Assembly: GCF_009914755.1 (NCBI RefSeq)
Contig: NC_060928.1
Direction: 5' to 3' (one strand)
Source: the human T2T-CHM13v2.0 reference genome, Homo sapiens
Length of the DNA stretch: 64,000 nt
The notes under the pieces were generated by a model, which worked only from the letters and a program-made list of their open reading frames with translations, had not been told where the DNA came from and ran no database searches. Made by a program: the position numbers and the translations under genes. This document shows, piece by piece, positions 34,153 to 46,732 of this stretch. Position 1 is the stretch's first letter; each line of letters opens with the position of its first letter.

Positions 34153-34172
34153 ACACACACACACACACACAC
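34153..34172. repeat. (AC)n microsatellite
   Basis: About 10 AC units, read directly. Confidence 0.85.
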
Positions 34173-35385
34173 AAATGCATGCAGAAAGAGAGAGGTTGTT
34201 TGCAAATGGACTACAGTTTCATGGTGAAAAGTAATTTGTGATGCATCATATTATGAGGTTTCATGATATTTGTCAGGATAAGGTCAAATGTGCAATCCAC
34301 ATTGTAAAAAGCATAGCTTACTTCTATTTATGTAATTAATTGGAGTCTTTAACAGAGGAAAATCTTTAAGTGTTTTTGTTGCCTTAAAAAATAGCTCACA
34401 TGCCCTATTTACAAAAAGTAATTGGGTTATCTGAGAACTTACAACACTTGAGTATCATTATATGAAGGAAGAAAGTGATCCTGAAGAAGCTATATTTATT
34501 TTCTTTATTATAAAACTTGAACTATTTTAAAATAAATTGTTAGCTGTTGAAGTCTGTGTTTTTGAGCATCAGTAAATGGCCAGTAGTAATAATGATTTTC
34601 ACGAATAGAAATAGGTTGTCCATGCTGAGAGCTAGTAACACTTCACTTTGATGCAAATGTTTAAGTGATTCAAAACATTGAAATGCCAATTAGTAAAAAT
34701 GGAGTTCAAATTTTTACAAAATGTGTGCATGGGGAGGCAGCTATCATTGGATGTGCTCTGCCGAAACTTGTAGTCAACATTAAAATGTTTTAAAAACATT
34801 TGAGAGCTCCTGTTGGTAAATTCTAATTTGTGTATAAGTCTAATGTATAAAGTATTGGTAATTTAGAAACCACAATGCTGGATTAAGAGACCTGTTAGGA
34901 GACGGGAGGTAAGCAAACTTTGCTAACTTAATGGGAAATTTTGTGGAATAGTGTTATGACATTACAGAACCTTCCTCAGGGTCTACTTGAATCATACCAA
35001 TATAATTCGCAATTAACTGATGGAAGGAATTGGTTTCATGAGACGCTGTATTCTGAAATCAGAAGAGGCTTAACCTTCTTGAAACTGCTTTTATTTGCCA
35101 TGTGCCCTGCTACTCAAGATTTTCATAATGCTTCAATTTTAGTTATTCTTATTAGTTTAAAAAAACAAAACTACTTTTAATCTTCATACTTAATATAAGA
35201 AAAATATTCAAAGATTGTCTTTCTCATATCTATCTCTCACATCATTCTGCGTGGATTACTGAGGGCCACACGATCATGCAGTCTTCAGACGCCTTTGTTG
35301 CTCCACTGCAGACTTTTTTTCTTACTCTGCAGTGATTCACACCGTTCCCTTTCTTACAACTCTTCATGACTCCACCTTGCCATTA

Positions 35386-35739
<354 letters not shown>

Positions 35740-36919
35740 TCAATGCAGCTTCAGAATGAATGTTCCAATTTTCTAAATTCACCAAATTTGCCAATTTACT
35801 AAAAACTTAAGAGACACTCTTCTTGATTATAGTTGATGTATTCAATAAGGAAGAGTAAAAAAAAAATGCTCAATTTGTTAAACAAAACAGAACACCACAA
35901 GAGTCAGAAATTGAATTTGTTTCTTTAAAAACAGCATGTTCTTTTTATGAATATGTTCTTTGTAAAAAGAAAGGAAAGCAGGAAAAAGATAATTAAATTC
36001 TGTAAAGAAAAATCCGCAGTCATGACAACCCCCCTGCCCATACTCTGTTAATCCATGTATTAGGCATTACTGTAAGCTTTATAAATTACTACAAGAAACA
36101 GATGTTGGTAAGTATATAAATTTGATAAATTGATCATTTGGTGATTTGTTCCTTTCAGTGAATTGCTCATTTTGTGAGGTGGCTTTCAATGCATTGAGCT
36201 AGAGTCATCGAATTCAGGTTGATCTCACCATTTCCTTGCTATTCTAACCATACATAACTCTTTTGGCTCCTGTAACCAGCATTCACTCTTACTTAGCAGC
36301 ATACCTAAATATTTCCTGTTATCTAAAATCTACTGCCTATCACTATTCTACAGACAACTATTACTCTTTAGATATAGGCTTAAAGTTAGTTATCTGAGAA
36401 GACTTCTTTAGTGCCTATATTGGTCAGGGAGCTAGCTCCAAAAGAGAAATCTACTCCTACAATTTTACACAGAAACAGATTTATTAAAGTAGTAATAACC
36501 CTTTAAAATGTGGGATTTGCTGAAGTTGCTGACTCTAGACTGACCTTTTGAGGATACCTCCCAGAAACACATGAAAGAACTACATTGCCAAGGGGGCAGT
36601 GTCGTTCAGCAATATTGAAAAATCTGTATTATGAGGAAACACCACCAAAGCTGCTGGCCTCAGAACCACACAACCTCTCCCATGATCCATGACAGCTAAA
36701 CATCTGCCAGATGCCCTTGCTTTCTCCCCATATAAGGCTTTTCTCAATTGAAGCCTTATGTGAATATATCTAATTGGTAGGACCCATCCTAGCATCTTGG
36801 AAGACATGGAAATAGAATTTTAAGCTTTTTCACTTCTGCTTTACAGAAAGGCATTCTGGAACGGATTTAAGATATTTAATTCAAAGAATCCCCTGAACCT
36901 GCCCTATATGTTAGTAGTG

Positions 36920-37215
36920 TGGAGCCGCATGTGACTGTTGGGCACTTAAATGTAGCTCGTGTGCCTGAGAAACTGAATTTCTTACTTTATTTAGTTTTAG
37001 TTTGTTTAAATTTAAAAGCTGAAGTAGTGTAAAAATTTTTGTTAACTACAACTGTACTGCCTTGGAAGACTATATTTCATTTCAGCTGTTGAATTGTATA
37101 AGATGTTACTGCTTAATCCTAGTATGTATTTACATTTTACTTTTTAAAATTTGGCTACTATAAATTTAAAAATTACAAATATATTACATATTCTATTTCT
37201 ATTGGACAGCAGCAC
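36920..37215. mobile_element. hAT-Charlie DNA transposon relic (MER3/MER33-like)
   Basis: AGCCGCATGTGACTGTTGGGCACTTAAATGTAGCT and terminal TATTTCTATTGGACAGCAGC. Confidence 0.55.
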
Positions 37216-40200
37216 TCTAACCCCTAGATTGGGCTAGACCTCACTATACGTGCCCCCATGGTATCTCATCTTTTCTTAGTCTTGACATTCACACAGCTTT
37301 TTGGTTATAATTGCTTCTGTATTTGACTTTTCTCCTAGCTTGTAAAATTAATGAATGGAAATGCTATATCTTTTTTTTTTGTCACCATTGTTTTCCATAG
37401 CACAATGCTCACATATTATAGGCAATAAAATTATACTAAATAAATGAGTGAATAATTCTTAAAAATGGACGTTAAAGAGCTAATATTCCGTAAAGCTTAG
37501 TCTAAACTGTCTTTACAATTTCATTTTAAAAGATCAATTCAAGCCATTACTTTTAAATAAGTTATTGAGTTTTACCATTAATTTTCATAGTTCCTTAATT
37601 TACAAATGACAGATAATTGAACATATTTTTACTTTATACATTATTTCATTTTGCATTACTTTCCTTTCTTAAGCAGAGACAGTGAAAAGAAAAAGAGCTT
37701 CTTGGGATTTTTTATTAGAGATGACACACCAGAAATATAATTTTAAAAATAGATTTTCACATAGGTGCAACAATGTGACATAACTCACTGCCACACACTG
37801 TGTCTCAGTGAGTTTGAAATAAAATTTTCTGTTTCAATAAAAAAAAGTATGGTGTTAATTTTAGAACAAATGAGATTAAAGCAGTTATTTCATCAGGGTT
37901 GCAAAACATAAAGATTAAAAAATGATTTATTCAAATGGAAAGTTGCAATAAATGAGAGGGTTCTGTAGAATATAGTATTTCAGAGTTTTCATGCTTCAGT
38001 GAAAATGAGGGAAGAGGCTATTTCTTAGAAACTTAGGAAAGAGTAGTAACGGGGATAGAATCTGTGATATATACATCACATAATCATAGAGCTGCATGAT
38101 CCATAGGGATGAAAAAAGAAAGTAGGGATGTCAGAAGTCAGGGGATACATATAGTACTAAAAGATGTATCAATTTATTTTTCAAAGTTTTGAGGTCGTGG
38201 TGGAAAATTAGCCCCAGATATAAAATAAATCCACTTAAAATGAGATGCCAATTAAGACTTTTAGTTTACAAGAACTCTAGCCTGAGTTTAAGCAAAAGGG
38301 TTTTTATTTGCTGACGTAATAATGAAAAAGCCCAGAGATAATGCTGATTTCAGTTGTGAACGTGTATTTAAGTGTGCTAATGATCTTATCAAAAGTTTCT
38401 CTTTCCCTTTCTCTTTCTATTCTGTTTTCCATTGGCTCCATCTTCATACACACTCTTCCCTCCGAAGAGCAAGACGGCTGCAGCATCTCCAGTCTCACAG
38501 CCTACAAAGTTTAAGTTGAAAAAGAATTGCCATGAAATTCTGAAATTCACTCTAATTAGATCCATTTGGTTGTAAGCCAAACCCTCAACCAATCACTGAG
38601 GCCAGAGGAATAACAAGTGTTTATTAGCTCTAGCCTATATCACATGTTCCACACTTGCAGGAAATGATGGCTTGTCACCCAAAGCACAGAAACTGAAAAT
38701 GAAAGTCGCATAGATACTCCCTTCTCCTGAAAAAATAATTGAAGCTGTTACTGGAAGCATGGTAATTAGAAGGTGGCCAGTTAAAAAGAAATGTCCGTTG
38801 CAAACAGGGAGCAAAATTTAAGTATAAAGATGTAAATATATTTGACTGTATTTTATCTTGAAAAGTGAATCTAATGTAGATGACTATATTTCTTAGTTTC
38901 TAATTTCAAGAAAGTGTTAATTCTTAGAATAAGCAGTTAGCACGAATGCATTTTTGACCTTGTATTTCTGACAAAACTGTAGGATTATATGATTGACATT
39001 AAAGGTAAAATTAAAATTAATATATAAAATAAAACTCAAAATTTTCAAGCCATTTGGAGCTTGTCTTGAGCTAATGAGGTAAAGCTCATGTCCTCAAGAA
39101 AAATGTTTTACTCTGCTGTTTTTAAGGGTGCTTCTATAGAAAGAGTTTGAGAATCATTAATATGGATTATAGAAAATTAATAATGCTTCATTTAAAAATA
39201 AATGTATTTAATCCTAAAGATTAGCTTTACTTAAAATGTTTATTGTTGCAGACAAGAAATCTATCTTATTTGAAAAATCAGAAATTGGACATGTCAGTGA
39301 TTATAGGTTTTTTTTTAAAATCTGAACATGAAAAAGTTTTCCACAGTTTTAAGATAATTTACCATGCTATTCAAGTCAGCCTAAAATCTTAAAAAGCTGC
39401 TACATAATAAGGTAGGGATTGAAAAAAGAAATATTTCAGATTCAGAGAATTGTCTTTTTTTAGTACTAATTAAAACATTCAAAAAACTATATTTAATGAT
39501 GTCATTCTAAATTGACTCAATAATATTAAGTGAGGAATTTATGTTCCAGCAAACAGTGGATGAATGTGTCTATGGAGAGCATTGTTTCAAAATGTTTTGA
39601 CAAATATATCATTGAAGTTCTTGCTATTTTATTCAGTTTCAGCCACTATTCTTTTTAGTTGATTTTTTTGTCAATCTTAAATTTTCAAAAGAAAGATTGT
39701 TTTCAAATTATTTTATATTTAACAAATAAAGTTATATGTTATTGATTATTTAAATTGACTGTTACCACAAATTTTTTTTGGATGGATCATTTGGACAATA
39801 TACCTTTGTGAAGTGAATAAAACACATTTCTACAGAAACAATTCAGAAGCCATTCCCTTTCCATTCAAAGTGGTATTCACCTTTCAACTTTACCCAGACC
39901 TAGGTGGCAGAAAAGAATGCATTTTGGAAAAACCAATAGCTGACTTGTAGTGGGGGGCCACATCTTAGAAGTCTTCAGCATTTACGTGGATTTGTAACTC
40001 AATACATAGAAGCCTTCAAAGCTAGAGTTTTAATTAAAAATTGTTACTGAAAACTTGGTACTTTAATGTATTAAAATTGACCAATTAAAGAAAAGTTTAT
40101 TTTTTGCAATCAGTAAGTAATCTATGATACGTAATTTTACTATCCTGATGTGAAACAAGTAGAGTGGATGATTTGTACGCGTTTGGAACAGAGGCAAGGA

Positions 40201-40792
40201 ATAAGCATTTAACAGACTCCAATGCCAAATAAAAAGCCTCTATATAGATGTTAAATTCTCTTTAATACCAGATTCATATTGTGGTTATGTAGATACATTA
40301 ATTATACTCATATCTATAATGTATTTGATTGTGTTTAATTGTGTAATAAATGATGCATATTTCATAAAGTTATGTTGTTTATTAATCTATTATTGTAGTC
40401 TTTTACAAAATCTAGTTGAAAAATCAGGTATTTAGAAATATCTGGTTGGCTAAATGGAGAGGAAAAGTAGTATCAAGAACAATTTACAACCAACATTTTC
40501 TGACAGTTTACTATGTATCTGACTGTGTTAAACCCTATAGGTACCAGTCTCATGGAATCTTTATCACAATTTCCTCATGTGGCTGTTCTCCAGCATCCTC
40601 ATATATAATGGTGCTCCCTACATAACTATTTCTATTTGGACATGACACACATTGCAAGAATTCAACTTATTTGTATTTCTAGGGAAATGCTAAGCAAGTT
40701 ACTATTTAATAGTACTGGAGCTGGCTGGCTTAGGCCTGCATCTTGATCACAACTGAGTGAGAATAGATCTTCCACTTTGTATGTAGAAATAA

Positions 40793-40870
40793 CCTATAAG
40801 CTCAGTTTCCATGAATAAATGAATGAAAGAAGCCTATAAGCTCAACTTCTATGAATAAATGAATGAAAGA
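40793..40870. repeat. 40-bp tandem duplication
   Basis: CCTATAAGCTCA..TTC.ATGAATAAATGAATGAAAGA occurs at 40793 and 40833. Confidence 0.85.
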
Positions 40871-42035
40871 TTCATGTTAACATGCTGAAGTATATGGGAT
40901 TGAAGGCTGGATCACACAACCTACAACTATTTCAGATGTAAATGAAGGAGATGAATTAAATGAATTAAATGAACATTTATACAGGTCTTAAATTCAGGTT
41001 TAAATTTACAGATTGCACTAGGGTGTCAAATCTTGGAGTACAATAAATACTAGAATTGTATTTTACACTGCAAAAATATATCCAGTGTTTACTATTAGTT
41101 GGACTATTGTTGTAAACCTCAGAAAGGCAATATCGTGGGATTACAGATGTGATTACGTCTGAATTTCTGATATTCTTAGTGTATTGGTTGGTGGCATATG
41201 TATGTAAGGGGAATGGTATTGTTGACTGGTATAAGTGCTATGATGCAAATAAGTATTTCTTTTCAAAAAGACATCAGTAGAATAAGCACTTTCTTTAGGA
41301 TAATGAAATTCCAGCATAGTTGTCATAATGACTCAAATATAAAAACAATAAGGAGCCAAATATGGTTATTAACAATAGGCCATTATGGTTTATCAAATCA
41401 TGAATTTATAATTTTTAATGATACATTACACTCTGCTAAAGTTGCTGAAGTTGGTCTTCACAAGTTATACTTCATTTGGTTCATCAGGACACAGTTCCAA
41501 TGCTATTCCAATATCACTTTTAGCACTTTTTTGTCTCATAAATGCAATCAATAGAAATATGCCTAATGTAGATATTAATCTTTATAGGTGCCTACTTACA
41601 TTAATTAGGTTATTTGTTTGGCTGTTCTGACAGTGATCTAAAATAACTGTCAAAAAAAAAAAAAAAGGCCAAAGTGTTGGGGAGAATCTGCCCTATAAAA
41701 TAATCAAGCTTCGTATTTCTTATCTTGCTACTCTGCTGGGCTGAGGGATTGCCCCCATTTGCATGGTGCAAGATGGCATTGTAGCACACTCACACAAAAG
41801 GGAAGTTAAACACGTCCTTTCCACCTCCCTCTTTTAGTCCACGTCTTAGAATCATGGCCACTCCTTGCTGCAATGGAAGCTAGGAAATGTAGTCTTTACT
41901 CTGTACCTCTAGGAACCTCTATGAAAAAGTATATATTCCATGACTCTAAGACAGGACAGTATGGCTAATGGGAAGCAACTAGTAGCCTTTGTCACAATGT
42001 CAAGGATTTTTATTGATTGCCGAAAGAGGCAGGAT

Positions 42036-42595
42036 AGTATTTAAAGATTTTATGTTGTTGTTAAAGAATATCTTAAAATCTCAAAGCATTATTACCAGAA
42101 AGGGCAATGGACCTTGAATTTGATGTTGACCTTCATAAAAATGTAGTCACTGTCCGTAGACCAAGAAATCAAAGAAATTGAGAGTATGTTAAATAATACA
42201 AACACACACATATATATGCACGTACACATATACACACTCATATATATGTGTGCATATATATGTGTGTGTATAGATATACACACTCATATATATGTGTGCA
42301 TATATATGTGTGTGTGTATAGATATACACACTGTCTTTTTATTCATTATAAATTCTGTTTTCATTGGCAATTAGCACTTGTGATGAAACATCCAACATTG
42401 TTTTTCAGGATTTATGATTTCTTTTTCATCTTATTAATATGTTCTTTAAAGTATTTAAAGATTTTATGTTGTTGTTAAAGAATATCTTAAAATCTCAAAG
42501 CATTATTACAAGAAAGGGCAATGGACCTTGAATTTGATGTTGACCTTCATAAAAATGTAGTCACTGTCCGTAGACCAAGAAATCAAAGAAATTGA
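42036..42595. repeat. 146-bp direct repeat (42036-42181 and 42450-42595) flanking a TA/CA/TG low-complexity tract
   Basis: The copies differ at one position I could find (ATTACCAG vs ATTACAAG). Confidence 0.93.
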
Positions 42596-42602
42596 TTGAA
42601 AT

Positions 42603-42789
42603 ATGGTTGAACTAGTTTACAGTCCCACCAACAGTGTAAAAGTGTTCCTATTTCTCCACATCCTCTCCAGCACCTGTTGTTTCCTGACTTTTTAATGATC
42701 CCCATTCTAACTGGTGTGAAATGGTATCTCAATGTGGTTTTGATTTCCATTTCTCTGATGGCCAGTGATGCTGAGCTTTTTTTCATGTG
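42603..42789 (-). mobile_element. Internal L1PA ORF2 fragment without 3'UTR, poly(A) or TSD
   Basis: Matches 14886-15071 of the full-length L1; encodes [30 protein letters not shown]. Confidence 0.92.
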
Positions 42790-45114
42790 GCAGACTACTA
42801 TCTTTTATCAAATAAGGAAAGATTTTTTTTCAAAGAGTTTTAAAAATAAATGTTGCTAGGAAATATTACTGTTTGAAACAAATTTAAAAGTTTATTGTAA
42901 CCAGTATTTATTTAACAAATGTGTATTGATTGCCTAATACTACTCTTCTGTTCCAGGTATTGGACTATAGCAAGAAAAAAAATGGCCTCATGGAGGTTAT
43001 ATTCTAGAGGAATTAGATAGATAATAAACACACACACACACATACATGTGTCTGTATGTGTATATGTAAAACATAGATTAGTAAAATAGATCTGTATATA
43101 CATGCATAAACACACATGTATACACACAGGAATGCTCTGCTAAAGCATGAATGCATATATACTATGTTAAAAAAAAACAGGGTAAAAGGAGAACCAAGTT
43201 TCTGGGTGGAAGAGTAAAGACCTTTGTGATAAAGTGATATCTGAGAAGAAACCTGATGAAAATGTAGATATTTTGAATCAAGTGGCATATTTGGTGAGAT
43301 TCTGAAGAATCAATACTAGTTTCTATAGTCTACAGTGTTTTGACCATACTGATTACTGTCTGTTGAATCTACAGTTCATTAGATCTGAGAGTTTAATAGT
43401 GATTAGTAGTAAAAGATTAGTGTCTAATCATAGAATATATGTTTATGAAGTAATAGTGTTTGATAACTTTAAACTGCATAGAAAGCCTTCTGGGCATTTT
43501 ATAATATTTTAATATATAGTTAGTGACTCAGGACATTAAATGTTTCCTGAGATATAATTTTTATAACTATTGTTAGATAACTAAATATTTGAACCAGAAA
43601 TAACATGGTTGCCAAGACAGGTTTATTATTACCACTCTCTACAACATAAGACAATTTAGTCATTTATTGTTTTTATAAAGCTTAGGAATGGTCTCTGTCC
43701 TCAACGGGGTGACTTAAAAAATAAGTGCAGTAAAGCATTGCTACAATAACAATAGAAGGCTGTACAGGGCACAATGTAGACACAAATGTGGGGGAATGTA
43801 ATTCTGTCTGGGAGAGGTGATCAGAGACCTTTTGGCTGACTTTTGACCTCATCAAGGAGCTTGCATAAATGGCGAATGAAATTGATTAAGCCATGAAAGA
43901 ACATAAAGCCCTTAACTTCAGCATGCTTTGCTATATGTTCTGGAGTTTCATTTTGATGTGCTACTTTGGGGAAATCCCACCCCCCAAAATATGTATGTAT
44001 TTGTTACTGTCTTTTCAACTGAAACCAAATATAACAATTTCAGTTAGTATCTCAAACATCTACTCTGGCTAATTTCCTCTTAATCAAGCCTTTAAAACTA
44101 TCTTGCAAGATATAAATGTTTTGCTTTATACTAGGTTTTTGTGCAAGTAAATAAACTGAAAAAAAATCACTATTTTAATCATTAACATGTTCCCTTAAAA
44201 TTAAGACATTATGCTGTTTGTAGAATTTACTTTTTCTTCAACTGAACATCATTTAACCATATACCTTCTCCTGCAATATTTCTTATTATTAGTTGCCAGA
44301 AATATTTTCTTAATGAAAAAGGTTAGCATGGGTTGTCTTGATACAAATCATAACTAAAGAAAAATATTGAAATTACATATTAATATTTTCTTTGGAAATA
44401 ACTTGCTTTTGTGAATGAAATTAAATATTTTTATGATCTTTAAGTAACAATAAAATGCAGCACTTAAAAAGTTATATATGGATGTAACATTTCTTTATAT
44501 TGCTTACTCTATTATTATTAACTCATTAAATTTTCCACACAGATAAATTAAAACAATAGTTATTATTATACATAAACATGTTTCAAAATTAACTGTGATT
44601 TATAAGATCATTTACTTTGAAATCCAATATGCAAATATTTATTAATAATGAAATTTGAAGACTCTTAAATAGGTTATTGAGATATTCTGAATATACTTGA
44701 CATGAGTTAGTAATTAAATTTTTTCTTCAATATTAAATCAATATCAAATTAAAATCTTTAGCTCACAGTTTTGGTCATTAAAAAGTATTTAAGCTGTGTA
44801 CTGTCTAATGAACACACACATTGTTTCAGGACGAAATACGTGACCTCAATTATTGTTAATAAGTATCAGTTTCTTTGATATATTTCAAGTACCACTAGAA
44901 ATACTTATAAATATTATCTTTAATTACAGACAATTCATGTCTCTTTAACCTGGGGTCAGTAAAATTTAAGTTCATTTTACATGAGTGATGTTTAAAACAG
45001 CTAGTGACAAGAACCCTCATCATTACCATGTAAATTGATGATGGGACATTGAAGAGAGTCTCAGTTTTCTTCTTAAATTTTCACTAATACTTTTCCTTTA
45101 CCAAAATCTATACC

Positions 45115-45248
45115 TTGACTGCTTTCTTTTCCTTCCTCCTTCCCTCCCTTCTTCCCTATCTTCCTTGCTTTCCTCCCTCCCTCCCTCCTACCCTCCCTTC
45201 ATTTTCTTTCCTCCTTCCCTTCCTCATTCCCACCTGGCCTCCCTTTCT
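45115..45248. repeat. Polypyrimidine (CCTT/CCCT) low-complexity tract
   Basis: Read directly. Confidence 0.8.
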
Positions 45249-46451
45249 ACTGACTCATGTTACATTCTCTATTTTTTGTCATTTTGAGGCTCTGGACATA
45301 TAAAAATAAACGTTTTTTAAAAGATCATTAGACATTTTACTATTCAATATTCAATAAATAACAAATATTTATTGAGCACAGCTCTGTACAAGACGCTGTG
45401 AAAAGTACTGAGAATAGAGCAAGAAACAAGATCAACAGGAGCCCTAGCAATAAAGACAGTCTTTAAATAAATAATAAAAGTAAAGTAACATCTTACAATA
45501 TGAGAAGTGCAGAGAGCTAAGGGAAAATAAAGCAAAGATGCGTAAGCTAATACAGACATCCAAGTAAAGTACCTTGTGGAAGTTATGTTTAAACTGAAAC
45601 GTGAAAAAGATGAATCCAGAATGTTCGGGGAAGTGAACAACATATGAAAATATGGAATGAAGAGAGAGCATTGTCCATTGAATAAATAAGATAATTTTTC
45701 TGTTGCTTTTTAACACTCCTTGAAGATTAAATGGTATATTTTTGTGTTTGCTCCATCAAGAGAAGAAAAGACTCACAAGTTTATAACCACATCCACCCAA
45801 GGGATTCAGTAGGCATTCTTGTATGCTTAACAACATCCTGACCTCTAATGAATAACTTGGTCTTTGTGTTTCTGAAATGCAATTAGCCTCCTCTGCCTTC
45901 AAGGCGCTGAAAAGCGAGGAAAATGTTCTTTGAAGATGGGGTTTTTGTAGAGTAAAAAGGCACAGCAGGTTAAGGCCAAATCTCACTCTCAAGGCCTTGG
46001 CCAGTATAGAGATATTTGTTTATTTTTCAAAAAATATGTATTGAATACAATTACAACAATATAGAGAAGGCCTTGCCCTCTTGGAACTGAAATTCTAATA
46101 GTAAAACAGTGTAAGGGGCCAGAAGGGCTGGGGATTAGCAGGTAACTTTGGCAGATTGAAAGGCACTCTGAAAGACTCTAGCTCCTGTTTCAGGAAGCCA
46201 CCTGCACAGGTATATCTATCTGGTCACAATGATACCCCATGAGGCAAGAAATATTGGTAACAAAGGCCATAGTAGACAGCCAGACTCTGTCCTGTTTCAC
46301 AAGAGATACGAGAAGTACCTCTACTTTACTCTGCATATACCTTGAGAGATTGCTGAATTATTTTTGATTTGGTATATGTTTTGTACATGAATCTCTGGAA
46401 TCAACTATTTGGGCATTATTTATATCCTATCTTAGACATTGTAGTACTCAC

Positions 46452-46506
46452 CTTTAAGTTCCAAACAATTAATTGCTTGTAAGAAATTCTGGTCATTCAG
46501 CTGTCT
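46452..46506 (-). other. Candidate 55-nt internal exon (unknown transcript)
   Basis: Minus strand CTAATTTTCCTTTCTGGACAG|AGACAG...CTTAAAG|GTGAGT; open frame RQLNDQNFLQAINCLELK. Splice signals only. Confidence 0.3.
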
Positions 46507-46732
46507 CTGTCCAGAAAGGAAAATTAGGTAACTGCATGGATGCTTACTTGAAAGATATAAGATGGACCATGGAAAGGATGCTCTAAATAAAGGAAACAAC
46601 GTTATGTAAAGCATGGTGGCATAATGAGTATTAGGAATGTAAATAGTTTGATATATCATTGGATAGAAGAAGGTGAGACAGCATTGACTATTAATTATGA
46701 GAGAAGGAACAATTAAGAGTTTCCTTTAAAAT

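Noticed and set aside
39895-39912. CTCF-like motif GACCTAGGTGGCAG
   Set aside because: Only the 3' part matches the consensus; a single partial motif is not supportable without ChIP data.
41198-41554. 118-aa plus-strand ORF in unique sequence
   Set aside because: No domain, no promoter or splice context; the length is attainable by chance.
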